A stretch of DNA of 63,197 nucleotides, filler included, from Chiloscyllium plagiosum (GCF_004010195.1; 5 parts of 2 records of this genome joined end to end with filler, not necessarily neighbours in it), one strand, 5' to 3'; positions 12,116 to 24,945 are shown, numbered from the whole stretch's first letter. A program made the numbers and translations. Notes: a model not told the origin generated them from the sequence alone.

Positions 12116-12229
12116 TTTATATGTCTCATTAAACTATGCTGTTTTGTTCTTGTTCCTTTTATGAGCAGAAACAGCTTCTTCCTATATACTCTATCCAGCC
12201 CAATCAATGCTTTTACAAACCTCGATCTG

Positions 12230-12530
12230 AACCAGAGGACACAGCTTAAAAATACGGGGTAGACCATTTAGGACAGAGATGAGGAGAAACTTCTTCACCT
12301 AGAGAGTGGTGGCTGTGTGGAATGCTCTGCCCTAGAGGGCAGTGGAGGCCCAGTTTCTGAATTCATTTAAGAAAGGGTTGGATAGAGCTCTCAAGGATAG
12401 TGGAATCAAGGGTTATGGAGATAAGGCAGGAACAGGATTCTGATTAAGGATGATTAGCCATGATCATATTGAATGGTGGTGCAGGCTCGAAGGGCAGAAT
12501 GGCCTACTCCTGCACCTATTGTCTACTGTC
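12230..12530 (+). mobile_element. CR1 3'-terminal fragment (same young family as 34050-35172 and 41645-42534)
   Basis: Near-identical to 42238-42534 (accagaggacacagcttaaaaatacggggtag ... cctactcctgcacctattgtcta). Confidence 0.9.
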
Positions 12531-12534
12531 TATC

Positions 12535-13400
12535 TCCTTTCAACCCCCTTCGCTCCAGGGAGAACTGTTCCAACGTCTTCAGTCTATCCTTGTCACTGAT
12601 GTTCCTCATCACTAGAACCATCCTAATAACCCTCCTCAGCACCCTCTCCAGTGAATTCACAACCTTTCCTGTAACATGGCACCCAGAACTGTACAGGATA
12701 CTCTAGCAGAGGTCTTATACAAGTTCAACATTACTTTGTTCTTGACTGCTGTGCCCTTATTATTAACGCCAAGAACACTGCACGCTTTATTTACTGCTCT
12801 CTCCATTTTAAATCATCTGTACACATATACACCCAGGTACTTCTGCTTTTGTTCCTTCTAAGAATTGTACTCCTTATTTTATATTGTCTTTCAGTATCTT
12901 CCTACTAAAGTGCTGTACCTCACACCTCTGTGTGAACTCTGCTGCCCATCTGCCCTCTCCACTGACTGGTCAAGGTCCTTTCTAGAGTTCCACACTGCCC
13001 TCCTCAGTTTACAGTTCCTCACAGTTTACTATTCTTCCAAATTTCACATCATTTGTAATCTCTGAAAGAGTACTCTGTACACCAAGACTCAGGTCCTTAA
13101 TATATAGTCGGGATAAACAACGGTCCCAGCACCGACCCCTGGGGAAATCCACCATAAACCTTCCTCCAGCCCAAAAATATCCATTGACCCTTACTGTCTG
13201 TTGCGTATCACTCAGCTAATATTGTATCCACATTACTACTGATCTGGTATAACGTGACCTTTCAATTTTCCTCACAGGTCTGTTATGTAGCACTGTATCA
13301 AACGCCTCAGGAAGTCTGTGTAAACCACATACACAATATTATCACGTCAGGTCTTTCTGTTACCTCCTCAAAAATCTCCAGCAAGTTCTTTAGAAATCCG
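12535..13400 (-). mobile_element. Old degenerate CR1 RT fragment
   Basis: Reverse-strand remnants of the PQGSVLGP and QFW motifs (ggtcccagcaccgacccctgggg; ggcacccagaactgtac). Confidence 0.65.
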
Positions 13401-15579
13401 TCTATCTCAAAATTTAAAAAAAGATACATCCATGCATACACCTATAGTTAACACAGCTCAATCTGCCCTCCGGTCTCCGATGTCACGAACGCAGATGGTC
13501 TGGATATGTCACAATTTCTCCAGGTCCGAGGGTTGTTCACGCTGAGTCTGACCTAGGCAATCGTTTCTCTGCTGGAGGACCATTGTTCTCTCGGATGTCA
13601 TTCACGGGGGATGTCCTTCCGGGAAGAGCTTGTTGTTGGCCCTTTATCTTTTCCGGAGGACCCTTAATCCTGAGGACTGGCTCCCAAGAGGAACTGCCCT
13701 CTGCCCTCAGGATGCTGCCCCATGTTATCGCCCGGACGAACTACAATCTGGTGAACGTGCATCGCGAAAGATAGCTGCTCTGTTGGAACAAAGCCTTGTC
13801 GTTCTCATGAGAAGCAAAAAAAAAGGAAAACCCAGAATTGGAAGCCTAACGACGACAATCAAAACATTATCGAGAGTCATAGCATCCAGTCCACAGGGGT
13901 CCTTCAGGGAAAGTAACTCTGCCATGTTTATCTGCTCTGGCCTCCATGTGACTCCAGACCCACAGCACTGTGGATCACCCTCTGAAGTGACTGAGCAAGC
14001 TGTATCAGCTGCTACAGAGTCTCATGAGAGCAATGAGACACGATGGACCACCTTGCCCAACATTCATGAAGGCAGTGGAAAAGACAACGGCAGAAACAGC
14101 CCTATCCACACCGCAAAATCCTCCTGACCAACATCTGGGAACTAGTGCCAACATTGAATCCGTTGTCTCACAGACTGCTCCTGCAACAGCCTGGCGCGGT
14201 CAGACTCCCAGAATCGTATCCTACAGACAACATCGCTGGTTCCCTGAATGTTCCTGACTTGCTCCATTTATGTCATCCTCTGTACCCTTTATTCTCCACT
14301 TTGCCACCTGCTTCCCATTCTCCCAAAGCTGCGGAGTCCCTCATCTCCTTCAGGATGGGGCTCCTCGACAGAAAAAAACAAATTGAAAACCTGGCACTTC
14401 ACCCTTTGCTAATCCAATTATCTCACCTTCTGTCGTACCCTTCTCAACCTGTAGGACACAGGCTGCCTCACCTCCTCAGCCTCTCAATGAATGGAATGCA
14501 TTTATTTCCTGTTCATTCCACCTGCATTCTACCACATCACCATCAGGTGTCGCTGCATCACACTGATCAAAACACACTGTAAATGGCAGTGTTCAAAGCT
14601 CACATTGAATGGAAAAAGGGGTAGGTCAGAAATTATACTTACACTATTTTTCAGTTATCTTCATCTCTCTCTTTCTTTGACAGCCCCTGCACTTATTAAT
14701 TTACTGGAACCTATCCTGTGCAGAACACTTGAGAACCTGTCATCTCCAGATTTTGGAATTTTCTGACTGATGTTGGAAAACTCAGTGTGTGGACCCAAAA
14801 TAAGGTCTTAGATATTAATATTAACCTGAAACATAAAACAGTTACAAAGCATTAAAAAGAGTCAGTCTTTTAAAAATGCGTGACTGCTTCTTCCATGTTT
14901 CTGCTGCCAAGTACCAAATTAAAATGCTGTTGTGAGACCCTTGGACATGCTCAAAACATTTTTAGAAAAAGGATTTCTCAATAGGAGCGTTCACTGTCTG
15001 GATCCATTTTTGGATCGGGCATTCTGTACACCTGATACTATGATTATACAAAACAGATGGGAGATATAGAGAGAACGTATTACAATTAATTGGGGAGTGT
15101 GGGGACCTGGGAAATAGTCTAAAAATAGAAGACAGACCAGACGCATCTTCTGTGTGCTAGAAAATGGTAAGATTGAGTGTTTCTGTCAGAGCCCAGCTGC
15201 ACAAGCAGGGAGCATATGCTGAGAGAGAACATCAGCGAGGGGTACAGACAGGGGTTTCTGCAGCCACAGACGTGACACCTGGATGGGGTCTGCCACCCTG
15301 GAGCCAGGGCCAGGAAAGCCAGTGAAGTTTTAGATGAGAAGTGAGGTGGCTATGACAGAGGAGGTGGTGCTATATTGGTCAGGGAGAGAATTTACTGTGG
15401 GAATGAGGGATGAAATCCTGGAAAGTTCCTCAACTGAGGCCTCGTGGATAAAATCTAAAAACGAAAATGGGGCAGGGTTTATAGTCGACTCCCCACAAAC
15501 AGCCGGATTCGCAGAATCACTGCAGTGTCACACTGCAAAGAGGAAGACATTCAGCCCATCTTACCTGCATTGACTTATT

Positions 15580-17915
15580 AAATTGACATCAACACCTGGG
15601 AGGCAAGGGAGTAAATGACAGGGGGCTCTGACATTAATTTTCAAAATTGCTGCGGCCACAGGATCGTTGCCAGAGGACGAGAGGATCGCTAATGTGGCCC
15701 CATTATTCAAGAAGGATGGTAGGGATAAACCAAGTAATTACAGGCCGATATCAGTGGTAGGGAAACTATCAGGGAGAATTCTGAGGGACAGAGATTCCCT
15801 TAGAGAATGTAGATCAATAGGAAATAGTCAACTAGGCTTTGTCAGAAGCAGATCACCTCTAATAAATTACACTGAATTTTTGAAGATGGTGACTAGGTGT
15901 GTAGGTAAGGGTAATGCAGCCACAGGGACTACAGTAAGGCTTCAGAGAAGGGACACTGGTCAAGATGGTGAGAACCCATTGGATTTGGGGTTGGATAGAC
16001 CATTCGAAATAGGAACAGGAGATGGTTGATCTGACATTCCTCATATCCACATTCCCTGGAAACCTTGAGTCCCCTATTAGTCTCAAATATATACAAGGAC
16101 TCTGTCCCACAGCCTGCTGGAAATCCAAATGCAGCACATCTGCTAGTTCCCTCTCTATCCACTCTGGTTGATGCTTCCTCAAAAGACTCTGATAAATTAA
16201 TTAGACATGGTTTCTCTTTCATGAACCCACGCTGTCTCTGCTTAATTAGATTATGATTTTCCAAATGATCCGTTATTACTTCCTTAATAATTGATTTCAG
16301 TGATATTCGAACAATAGATGTTAGGCTGATCAGCGTATAGGTAATCACTTTTTTTGCCTCCCTCTTTTTTTGAAGAGAGGTCGCATCAGCAATTTTCCAA
16401 TTCACCAATATTTCTCTAGAATCCAAGGAATTTTTTGGAAAATTACAACCAGTGCATTCACTATCCCTGTAGCCACATCTATAATGATCTTAAAATGCAA
16501 GCCACCTGGGCCAGGGGATTTACCTGCTTTCAGTCCCGTCAGGGCCAAGGGACATATCTGCCTTCAACCCCATCAGTTTGTCTAATACTATTTCTTTAGT
16601 GAATGTGATAATATTTGATTTTTCCTCCTTATTCTTTAACATCTAGAGAATGGTCACAGTATCTTCCACCATAAAGACTGATACAAAATATCGGTTTAAC
16701 TCCTCTGCCTTTTCCTTGGTCCCCAAAATCATTTCCTCATATTCATTCCCTAAGGGACCCATTTTCACTTTGACCTCATTCTTCCTTTTTATTTGTTTTT
16801 AAAGAAGCTTTTATTGTCAGTTTTTATTTTTCTCACTAGTTTATTTATTTTCTCTGTCTTTATTACCTTTCAGTCTTCTGTTGCTGGATTCTGAATTTGT
16901 CACAGTCTTTGGAGCTATCACTGACTTTGACCCCCTTTCCAATTTGATTAAAACCGTACCAACATAAAGGTTGAAGTCACCCATGATTATTGCTTTATTG
17001 TTATCACATGCTTTTTATTATCTGTAGCCTGGCCACTGTTTGGGGGGTCTGTACACTACTCCCGCCAATGTCTACTTTCCCATGCTGCTCTGTACGTTTG
17101 CTCAAGTGGACTCTCCATCATCTGAGCCTCAATTGTCTCTCACAACTGTTTTCTTATTAAATAGTGCTATCCCACCACCTATTCCATATCTTGTCTTTCC
17201 AAGAGGTCATATATCCTGGAATGGTAAGTTCCCAGTTTTGATCTACTCTACTTCCGTAATGGCTATGACGTCATATTCATTTACCTCGATTTATACCATT
17301 AGTTTGTCTGAATGCTTAATGGCAGGAAGTAGAGGATGCTGGTCATAGGGTATATGTGTGACTGGAAAAGCCTGTGTCCAGTGGTATACCTTAGGGTTCA
17401 GAGCTGGGTCCCCTTCCTGTTTGATGTGTACATTAATGATCCGAACATGAATGTAGGAGCTATGATCAGCAGGTTCACAGAGGACACAAACATTGGTGTG
17501 GTGATAAACAGTGAGGGAGAAAGCGTTAGACGACAGGACAATATAAACAGGCTGGTCAGATGGGCTGAACGGTGGCAAATAAAATTGAATCTTGAAAAAA
17601 TGTGATGCGATGAATGTTGGGAAGATTAGCAAGGCAAAGGAGTATATGATGAATGATAGGAGTTTAGGAAGTACACAGGATCAGAGGGATCTTGGTGAGA
17701 TCCCTAAATACAGCAGGACAGGGTGGAGAAGGTGGTTAGGAGGGCACATGGGGTACCTGCCTTTATTAGTCAAGATATTAAATACAAGAGCATGGAGGTT
17801 ATGTTGGAGCTGTACATGTTTGTTAGGCCACTAATGGAGCAGTGTGTGTAATTCTGGTCACAGTACCAGAGAGAGGATGTGATTGCACTGGAGGGGATGC
17901 AGAGGAGATTCACCA
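15580..17915. mobile_element. Patchwork of degenerate CR1 ORF2 fragments in both orientations
   Basis: IANVAPLFKKDGRDKPSNYRPISVVGK (+, ORF 15667); ISLTSIV...IKEVITDHLENHNLIKQRQRGFMKEKPCLINL (-, ORF 15929); YIND...ISRFTEDTNIG (+, ORF 17336). Confidence 0.8.
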
Positions 17916-17924
17916 GGGTGTTGA

Positions 17925-18120
17925 ATGGTGCTGGAAAAGCACAGCAGGTCAGGCAGCATCCGAGGAGCAGGAAAATCGACGTTTCAGGCAAATCCTGGAT
18001 TCCTGATGAAGGGCTTTTGCCCAAAACCTCGATTTTCCTGCTCCTCGGATGCTGTCTGACCTGCTGTGCTTTTCCAGCACCACTCTCACCTTGACTCTGA
18101 TCTCCAGCATCTGCAGTACT
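17925..18120. mobile_element. Short inverted pair of a second Penelope-type terminal repeat, inserted in a CR1
   Basis: gtgctggaaaagcacagcaggtcaggcagcatccgaggagcaggaaaatcga and its reverse complement flank a hammerhead-like ctgatgaagggcttttgccc core; the CR1 text ttcaccagg(a/g)tgttg resumes on both sides. Confidence 0.6.
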
Positions 18121-19687
18121 CACTTTCACCAGGATGTTGCCTGGGCTCAAGTGATTCAGACTGTGCCCATCTGTGCCCTCCAGCATATATATTCTGCCAG
18201 AGTTAGAGGGAAGGCATGGATTTGTCAGGCACAGGGCACTGCCCATCTATTGCTATGACCGGTGATAGAGCATCTGCTGATTATGGTAGGAAGGCTTCCC
18301 AATCTCTAACCCAAACCCTAACCATTTCCCCCTCAGCTCTCAGTGAAAAAGTCAGTATCTTGGGCTAGTGTCTCACTGAGGCTTTATGGGTGAAACATGG
18401 AAACAATTTACACCTGAAACTTATCACTTGCCCTCACACTGGCAACAAATGGCTGCCTCTCAGGAATGTCAGATGAAATCTCAATAGAACATTCAGATTC
18501 TAGCTGGAATTTCAGCCAATAGAGGGGTGACCTGCTCTCAGATCAAACCCTAACTTCCAGCTTCCCAACAAGGGTGCTGTTGTTGTTATCTGGTGCACTG
18601 GCCCTCTACATTGTGCAGGCTCTTGGGCTCCTCCTATCTCCCCCTGAACCATGACCCTGCCATGCGATGCCAGGCTGTCACTAATCTCATTGTTCCTGGG
18701 GATATCTTCACACAGCCTCCAAGCTCAGAGTCCCCCCCCCCCCCCCCAACCACCTCATACAGCCCCCTTCTACCTTATTCCCAAAATCCACCAACAGGAC
18801 TGCCCGGGAACACCCATTCTTTCTGCCTGCTCCTACCACATGCTACTTCTCAGTTCTGATGAAGGGTCACTGGACCTGAAATTTTAACTCTGTGCTCTCC
18901 CTACAGCTGCTACCAGACCTACAGAATTTCTCCAGCAATTTCTGTTTGCTTGCCAGGATTTTACCCCTTTGGAAGATAAACCATGGAATGTGGGAGAGGA
19001 GAAATGTTGCAAGGGGTGATCCCCACATCCTGAACAGCCCTGAGGCATGGTACATTGGGGAAACCGAGCAAAGGCTATGGCACTGGATGAATGGGCACCA
19101 CACAACAATCAACAGACAGGAGGGCTCCCTCCCAGTTGGGGAACACTTCAGCGGTCCAGGACATTCAGCCTCGGACCTTCAGGTGACCATCCTCCAAGGT
19201 GGACTTCGGGACAGGCAGCAGCGAAAAGTGGCTGAGCAGAGGCTGATAGCTAAGTTCGGTACCCATAGAGAGGGCCTCAACTGGGACCTTGGGTTCATGT
19301 CACATTACAGGTGACCATCATTACACTNNNNNNNNNNNNNNNNNNNNNNNNNNNNNNNNNNNNNNNNNNNNNNNNNNNNNNNNNNNNNNNNNNNNNNNNN
19401 NNNNNNNNNNNNNNNNNNNNNNNNNNNNNNNNNNNNNNNNNNNNNNNNNNNNNNNNNNNNNNNNNNNNNNNNNNNNNNNNNNNNNNNNNNNNNNNNNNNN
19501 NNNNNNNNNNNNNNNNNNNNNNNNNNNNNNNNNNNNNNNNNNNNNNNNNNNNNNNNNNNNNNNNNNNNNNNNNNNNNNNNNNNNNNNNNNNNNNNNNNNN
19601 NNNNNNNNNNNNNNNNNNNNNNNNNNNNNNNNNNNNNNNNNNNNNNNNNNNNNNNNNNNNNNNNNNNNNNNNNNNNNNNNNNNNCAG

Positions 19688-19728
<41 letters not shown>

Positions 19729-20099
19729 CACTCCTATACACACACACACAGACACTCACACACACTCCCACATCCACACATGTATCCTCTCAGAGACTTA
19801 GACCACATTACACTCTCACACACACACACACACATATACACTCTCTCTCACAGACACTCACAATCCCCCCACCCCAGACATACATACACACCCCCTCTCA
19901 CAGACTTAGACACTCTACACTCATATACACACACATGTACACACTCTCTCATACTCACAACCCTCCCCAGCCCAGACAGACAGACAGATACACATACATA
20001 CACACAAACTCTTCCAGTTGGGGAACAATTCAGTGGTCTAGGACATTCAACCTCGGACCTTCACATGACCATCCTCCAAGGCGGACTTCGGACTTCGTG

Positions 20100-20372
20100 G
20101 ACGACACAGTGGCACTGCTGCCTCACAGGGCCAGAGACCCGGGTTCAATTCCCGCCTCAGGCGACTGACTGTGTGGAGTTTGCATATTCTCCCCGTGTTT
20201 GCGGTTTCCTCCCACAGTCCAAAAATGTGCAGGTTAGGTGAATTGGCCATGCTAAATTGCCCGTAGTGTTAGATGTAGGGGAATGGGTCTGGGTGGGTTG
20301 TGCTTCGGCGGGTCGGTGTGGACTTGTTGGACCGAAGGGCCTGTTTCCACACTGTAAGTAATCTAATCTAAA
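20100..20372 (+). mobile_element. tRNA-derived SINE (shark HE1/V-SINE type)
   Basis: B-box gggttcaattccc, central tgtgtggagtttgca...ggtttcctcccacagtcc block, LINE-like 3' end, (taatc)n tail. Confidence 0.85.
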
Positions 20373-20790
20373 ATCAAAAAACCCACATGCACACATATAC
20401 ATATACGTTTATGGGGTAAATTTGTACTTGCAGAGTTATACTGTACTTTGCTCAAAAACTGCATGAATCCATGTAAGACTCTGTTATCTCACTTTTTAGA
20501 TTAGAATCAATCTAAACATTATGGCCCAGACAGGGAACACAGGGGGCTAACACCTTCAACATCTTAACATCTTATCTGGATGACACCAGTTGTTACAGTT
20601 AACCTGAGAATGTAACTTTTTTAAAAAAAGTTTTGTGATTTAGGTATGAAAGAAGTGATACAATCATGGTCATTCTAAAAGATGAGAGCTTAACAAACAG
20701 TCAAGGTATTTTTCAATGTATAATTTCAGTTACATCACACTGTAAACTTTTGATATAAATTCTGTGCCTTACACTTGTATACTCTACAAC

Positions 20791-20825
20791 CACCTGATGA
20801 AGGAGCGATGCTCCGAAAGCTAGTG
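20791..20825 (+). ncRNA. Minimal type-I hammerhead ribozyme motif (Penelope-associated)
   Basis: cac-CUGAUGA-A-GGAGC-gau-GCUCC-GAAA-GC-UA-gug; intact core. Differs from the 6128-6162 copy only in the stem II loop. Confidence 0.7.
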
Positions 20826-21086
20826 CTTCCAAATAAACCTGTTGGACTATAACCTGGTGTGTAACTTTTAACTTTGTACACCCCAGTCCAACACTGGCAT
20901 CTCCAAATCATGACTGTACAAAGAATATCAGGCACTACACAGTTAAAGGAGTCCACAACTAATGTGTGGTACGGTGGCTCTGTGGTTACCATTGCTGCTT
21001 CCCAGTATTAGCACGTCGGTTTGTTTCCAGACCCGGGTGACTGTCTGTATGGAATTTGCACAATCTTCCCGTGTCTGTGTGGATTT

Positions 21087-22003
21087 TGTTATCTACCAGA
21101 CCTCAGAATATATTAAGAAGCTAGTCAGACCTTATCTTTTTCTTATTTTAAGGTAAATATAAGGTGTTGCGCTCCTGATGCAATTTGATTGATCAGACTA
21201 CTCGATTTGAAGCAAACACACTTTATTCATACACTCTATTTAAAATATAACAAAAAAAAGAAAATAATTGGCTTAGCTGTAACTCTATTGGTAAACTTGA
21301 CAGAATAATAAATTAACCGGCTACTGAATAGTAACTTTCATAATCACATCTGTGGCAAAAGGCAAATTCAGAAAACAAATAGTCTCACATGCAACTCCAG
21401 CAGCCCCCAGGTTTTAGCTGTAACCGGGAGAGGGAAAAAGTAACTTCCAATTCTTCAAGGCCTCGGTGGCACAGTGGTTAGCACTGCTGCCTCACAGCAC
21501 CAGAGACCCGGGTTCAATTCCTGCCTCAGGCGACTGACTGTGTGGAGTTTGCACGTTCTCCCTGTGTCTGTGTGGGTTTCCTCCTGGTGCTCCAGTTTCC
21601 TCCCACAGTCCAAAGATGTGCAGGGTCAGGTGAATTGGCCATACTAAATTGCCCGTAGCGTGAGGTAAGGGGTAAATGTAGGGGTATGGGTGGGTTTCGG
21701 GTTGGTGTGGACTTGTTGGGCCGAAGGGCCTGTTTCCACACTGTAATCTAATCTGTAATTTAATCTAATCTAAAAAAAAAACAACTGCTACTGAAAACTG
21801 AGAAAATAAAAATTCTGATTCTGTGAGAGCTTGGCCACACCCATTCAGGCTGTTTCTATTGTTCCAACTTAAAAAAACCTACGGCCTCACAAGCTGTTTA
21901 CTTGATGAGTTTCCAATAGACATCTCAACACCTCTCTCTTAAAAATGTTCTCCTTAAAAAACCCAGGACAAAATAGATCTCTTAAAGGCATTGTATTGTC
22001 ACA
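21087..22003. mobile_element. Probable solo-LTR-like element carrying a younger SINE
   Basis: TG...CA termini (tgttat...gtcaca), flanks attt/gttt as an imperfect 4-bp target duplication, cleanly interrupts a SINE. Confidence 0.5.
21464..21775 (+). mobile_element. tRNA-derived SINE (HE1/V-SINE type), nearly full length
   Basis: A-box tggcacagtgg, B-box gggttcaattcc, conserved core, (taatc)n tail. Confidence 0.9.
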
Positions 22004-23688
22004 GTTTTCTCCCACAGTGCAAAGATGTGCAGGCCCAGATGGATTAGCCATGGGAAATGCAGGGTTACAGGGATAGGGTAAGGGGGGTGGGGGCCTGGGT
22101 GGGATGCTCTTCAAAGGGTTGGTGTGGACTCAATGGGCTGAATGGCCTGCTTCCACACTGTAGTGATTCTATAATGCATAGCAGAACTAAAAACTCCTTT
22201 TAACCCAGTATATGCTTTCAGATCCATCGTTGCTTCCATTGACTTTGACAGTTCTCTTCCTCGCAGGCGTTTCAGGGATCTTCCTTTCCACTTTGTGCAG
22301 TTCATTGTATAATGTTCCTTTCAGTCTCACCTGTTGTACCGATTAATTGTTCCTTGGCCATTCCTGAGATTAATTTACCTATTATTACCATTCCAGTTTT
22401 GTCTTCTGCTTTCATTGCCACATCTAATCGAGCTGCTTTAAACTTGGCTGGAAAGATGGTAGGCTTTAGATTCCTGGGAACTAATATCAGACGAATACCA
22501 AACTGCATGGATTATTGGAAGAGGTAGATAATGTTTGTGTAAGAAATAGCAAGTTATTTTGGTGGGTTCAGAGTTTGAGGGAAAATAATAAATCTAAATC
22601 AGGGTTAATGTGAATAACCAAAATGTGGCAAAGAAGGTTTAAAAGTTGCAGAGAAGTACAAGCATGTGGCAAATATGATGTTGTGATATAATTGGAACCT
22701 GGATCAAAGGGTAAGACTGGGTGTCAAATATTCCTGCAGACAGAGCATCATGAAATAGAGTCCTAGAGATGTACAGCATGGAAACAGACCTTTCAGTCCA
22801 AATCATCCAAACTGACCAGATGTCCTAACCTAATCGTCCCATTTGCCTGCATTTAACCCATATCCCTCTAAATTCATCCTACTCATATCCAGGTGCCTTT
22901 TAAATGTTGGAATTGTAGCCCCCTCCACAACTTCCTTTGGCAGCTCATTCCAAAAACGCAGCATTGTCTTTGGAGATCTTTTTTCAATAAACAGAGATTT
23001 AAAAAGAAGCATGGATGGGTGGTCAAGGATTGGAATCACTGGGGATCAATGTCCAGGATCATGGTATTTCCGGGTTTGGGATTATCTGATAATTGAGGAT
23101 TGGCAACACCCAGTATTGTTGCCAGATTTGCTGAATTTGTCCAGCACTTTCTGCTTTTAATTCCGACCTCCCAATACTTTGCCTTTATTGGAAATAATAC
23201 ATTTGGTTCCCACTTTCAAATAATTTAGATAGATTGTGAACGTCTAGGGCCCTGGCAATGATCCTTGTGGTACCTCACCAGTAAAACCCTGCCATTCTGA
23301 GAGTGACTGGGGGTTACTATTGACCAGAAACTGAACTGGGCTATCCATATAAGTATTGTGGCTACAAAAGCATGTCAGAGGTGAGGAATCCTGCAGTAAC
23401 TCACCTCCTAACTCCCGAGGTCTATCCATCTTCTACATTTTCACATCCCTGAAGAGATTTTTGTGCCCTCCTTTATGTTATTTGCCAGTTTGAATTCATA
23501 ATCTTTCCCCTTTATCGGTTTCTTTATCATCTTTTGCTTGGTTCTAAATCGTTTCCAATACTCACCCAACTTATTCTGATAACTTTATAGGATCAGACGC
23601 ACATGGTAATTGAGGATTAGGATTCAAACTGTGATAATACTGTGCTTTTAAGAGATCTGTTCTGTCCTGTTTCTCTCGCAGAGCGATG

Positions 23689-24252
23689 TTGTCACAATGG
23701 TGGCTTTGAATTCTCCCTGGGTGATTTTTAAGTAAGATAAAGTAATCATGAATGGGCTGGGTCAGGCTCACATAGACTTATAAGACTTTAGTTTTGCTTT
23801 CAGTTAGTTGAGTAGGTTTCTGCTGGCTGCTGGTACTGAAGGCTTGAGTTCTCTCCTGCTAGAGTGAAGTCTGCAACAGAGAGGCTTCCTTTAAAAATCA
23901 AAAGGGGAAGATTGTTTCTTTCTGTTGGACTGGAGAGAGCCAGCACGTGAAAATAATCACTGTGTTGCTGAACTGCCTTTGCCAAGGTTGTGCTTTTGGG
24001 ATGCTGACTATTTTGGAACAGTTGATGATTAGTGGTTAGATAATACCTTACACAACTGAAATACTTAACAAGATAAAGTTATGGATTCTTGTTGTATTTT
24101 AATTGTGTTGTAAGAATAAAGTGTTTTGACTAATGTTTAGAGGTGGACTGATTGAATCACATCTGGAACTCAGCGGCTTTCACTTGCCTTGTAAATAACA
24201 TAAAATTATAGTCTCCACAATATACTTTGGAAGGTCTGCACTGGTCCATAAC
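23689..24252. mobile_element. Possible solo-LTR-like element
   Basis: Starts tgtcacaatggtggctttgaa (similar to the reverse complement of the 22003 end), has AATAAA at about 24115 and ends near ggtccataac. Confidence 0.35.
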
Positions 24253-24599
24253 GAAACCACTTGATGGTATGAGAGTGAAATTAGATCCAAATTCTGTTAC
24301 AATGTTGTAATTCCTTAACAGATAGGTTGTTGTTAAAAGGGGGCACTGTATTAGTTGCTAGGCTAGCTCATGATTGGGATCTAAAAGGATATATTTGTTA
24401 CTGAGTTTTCTTTCAAAAATACTGTATACTTTAATCATAAAAATATCTTCATATACATCCATAGTCACTAACGCATTTTGGTTCAGTACAGTAGCATATA
24501 AACAAATATCGGAGCTTGACTCTATCCAACAAATATACCAAATGCATCTCTTACTTGTAGAATATTATATTTATTTGAGGCAGTGACAGGGTCTGATAA

Positions 24600-24945
24600 C
24601 TGAACAGACTCCCACTTACGTTCAGCAGGAAAACCTCAGACAGTGGCTTTTCTCCACTGTGCCTTGGTGGCAGCTGACCCAAGCCTTAGTGTGTCCCGAG
24701 CATGTAGTCCTGGATCTTGGAATCTGCAATACTCAGTCGTGGTCAACTCCTTGTTCTGGAACTATCAAGTTTTAGGCAGACCAAAGAACGTCTTTCATTG
24801 AGTTGACGGTCCTCCAGGGGTAGTCGATATTTGTCTCGGTGTGCGTCCTGGGTTCAGACCGTTGAGCACAGAGTCCTGCATCATGGTTCTGCTCAGGACA
24901 GACGTCGACAAAATCCACTTCACCTCTCTCCAGTCTTCTTGTCAC
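24600..24945 (-). mobile_element. Degenerate 3' fragment of an L1/Tx1-like LINE ORF2
   Basis: Minus strand, across frameshifts, gives THTETNI..WRTVNSMK..LW...QNKELTTTEYCR..SKIQDYML..TLRLGSAATKAQWRKATV, resembling Tx1-type C-termini; family assignment is from memory. Confidence 0.55.

Larger units (their letters stand above)
19030..20910 (+). mobile_element. Penelope-like element 3' part (GIY-YIG C-terminus, CA-rich tract, terminal repeat)
   Basis: AWYIGETEQRL...NGHHTTINRQ...PVGEHFSGPGHS...EQRLIAKFGT...GLN (ORF 18892-19314), then CA-rich low-complexity DNA and a gap, then the terminal region with a hammerhead motif; SINE inserted at 20100-20372. Confidence 0.85.
20963..22172 (+). mobile_element. 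Older HE1/V-type SINE split in two (20963-21086 and 22004-22172) by an insertion
   Basis: Head ggtacggtggctctgtggtta...gtgtctgtgtggattt breaks off and resumes as gttttctcccacagtgcaaagatgtgcagg...ttccacactgtag. Confidence 0.7.

Noticed and set aside
19289..20241. Long His/Thr- or Cys/Val-rich ORFs
   Set aside because: Artefacts of an N gap and (CA)n low-complexity sequence.
21464..21545. tRNA gene (A and B boxes; also about 49520-49594)
   Set aside because: The boxes belong to SINE heads that continue into the SINE core and LINE-like tail; no cloverleaf or terminator.
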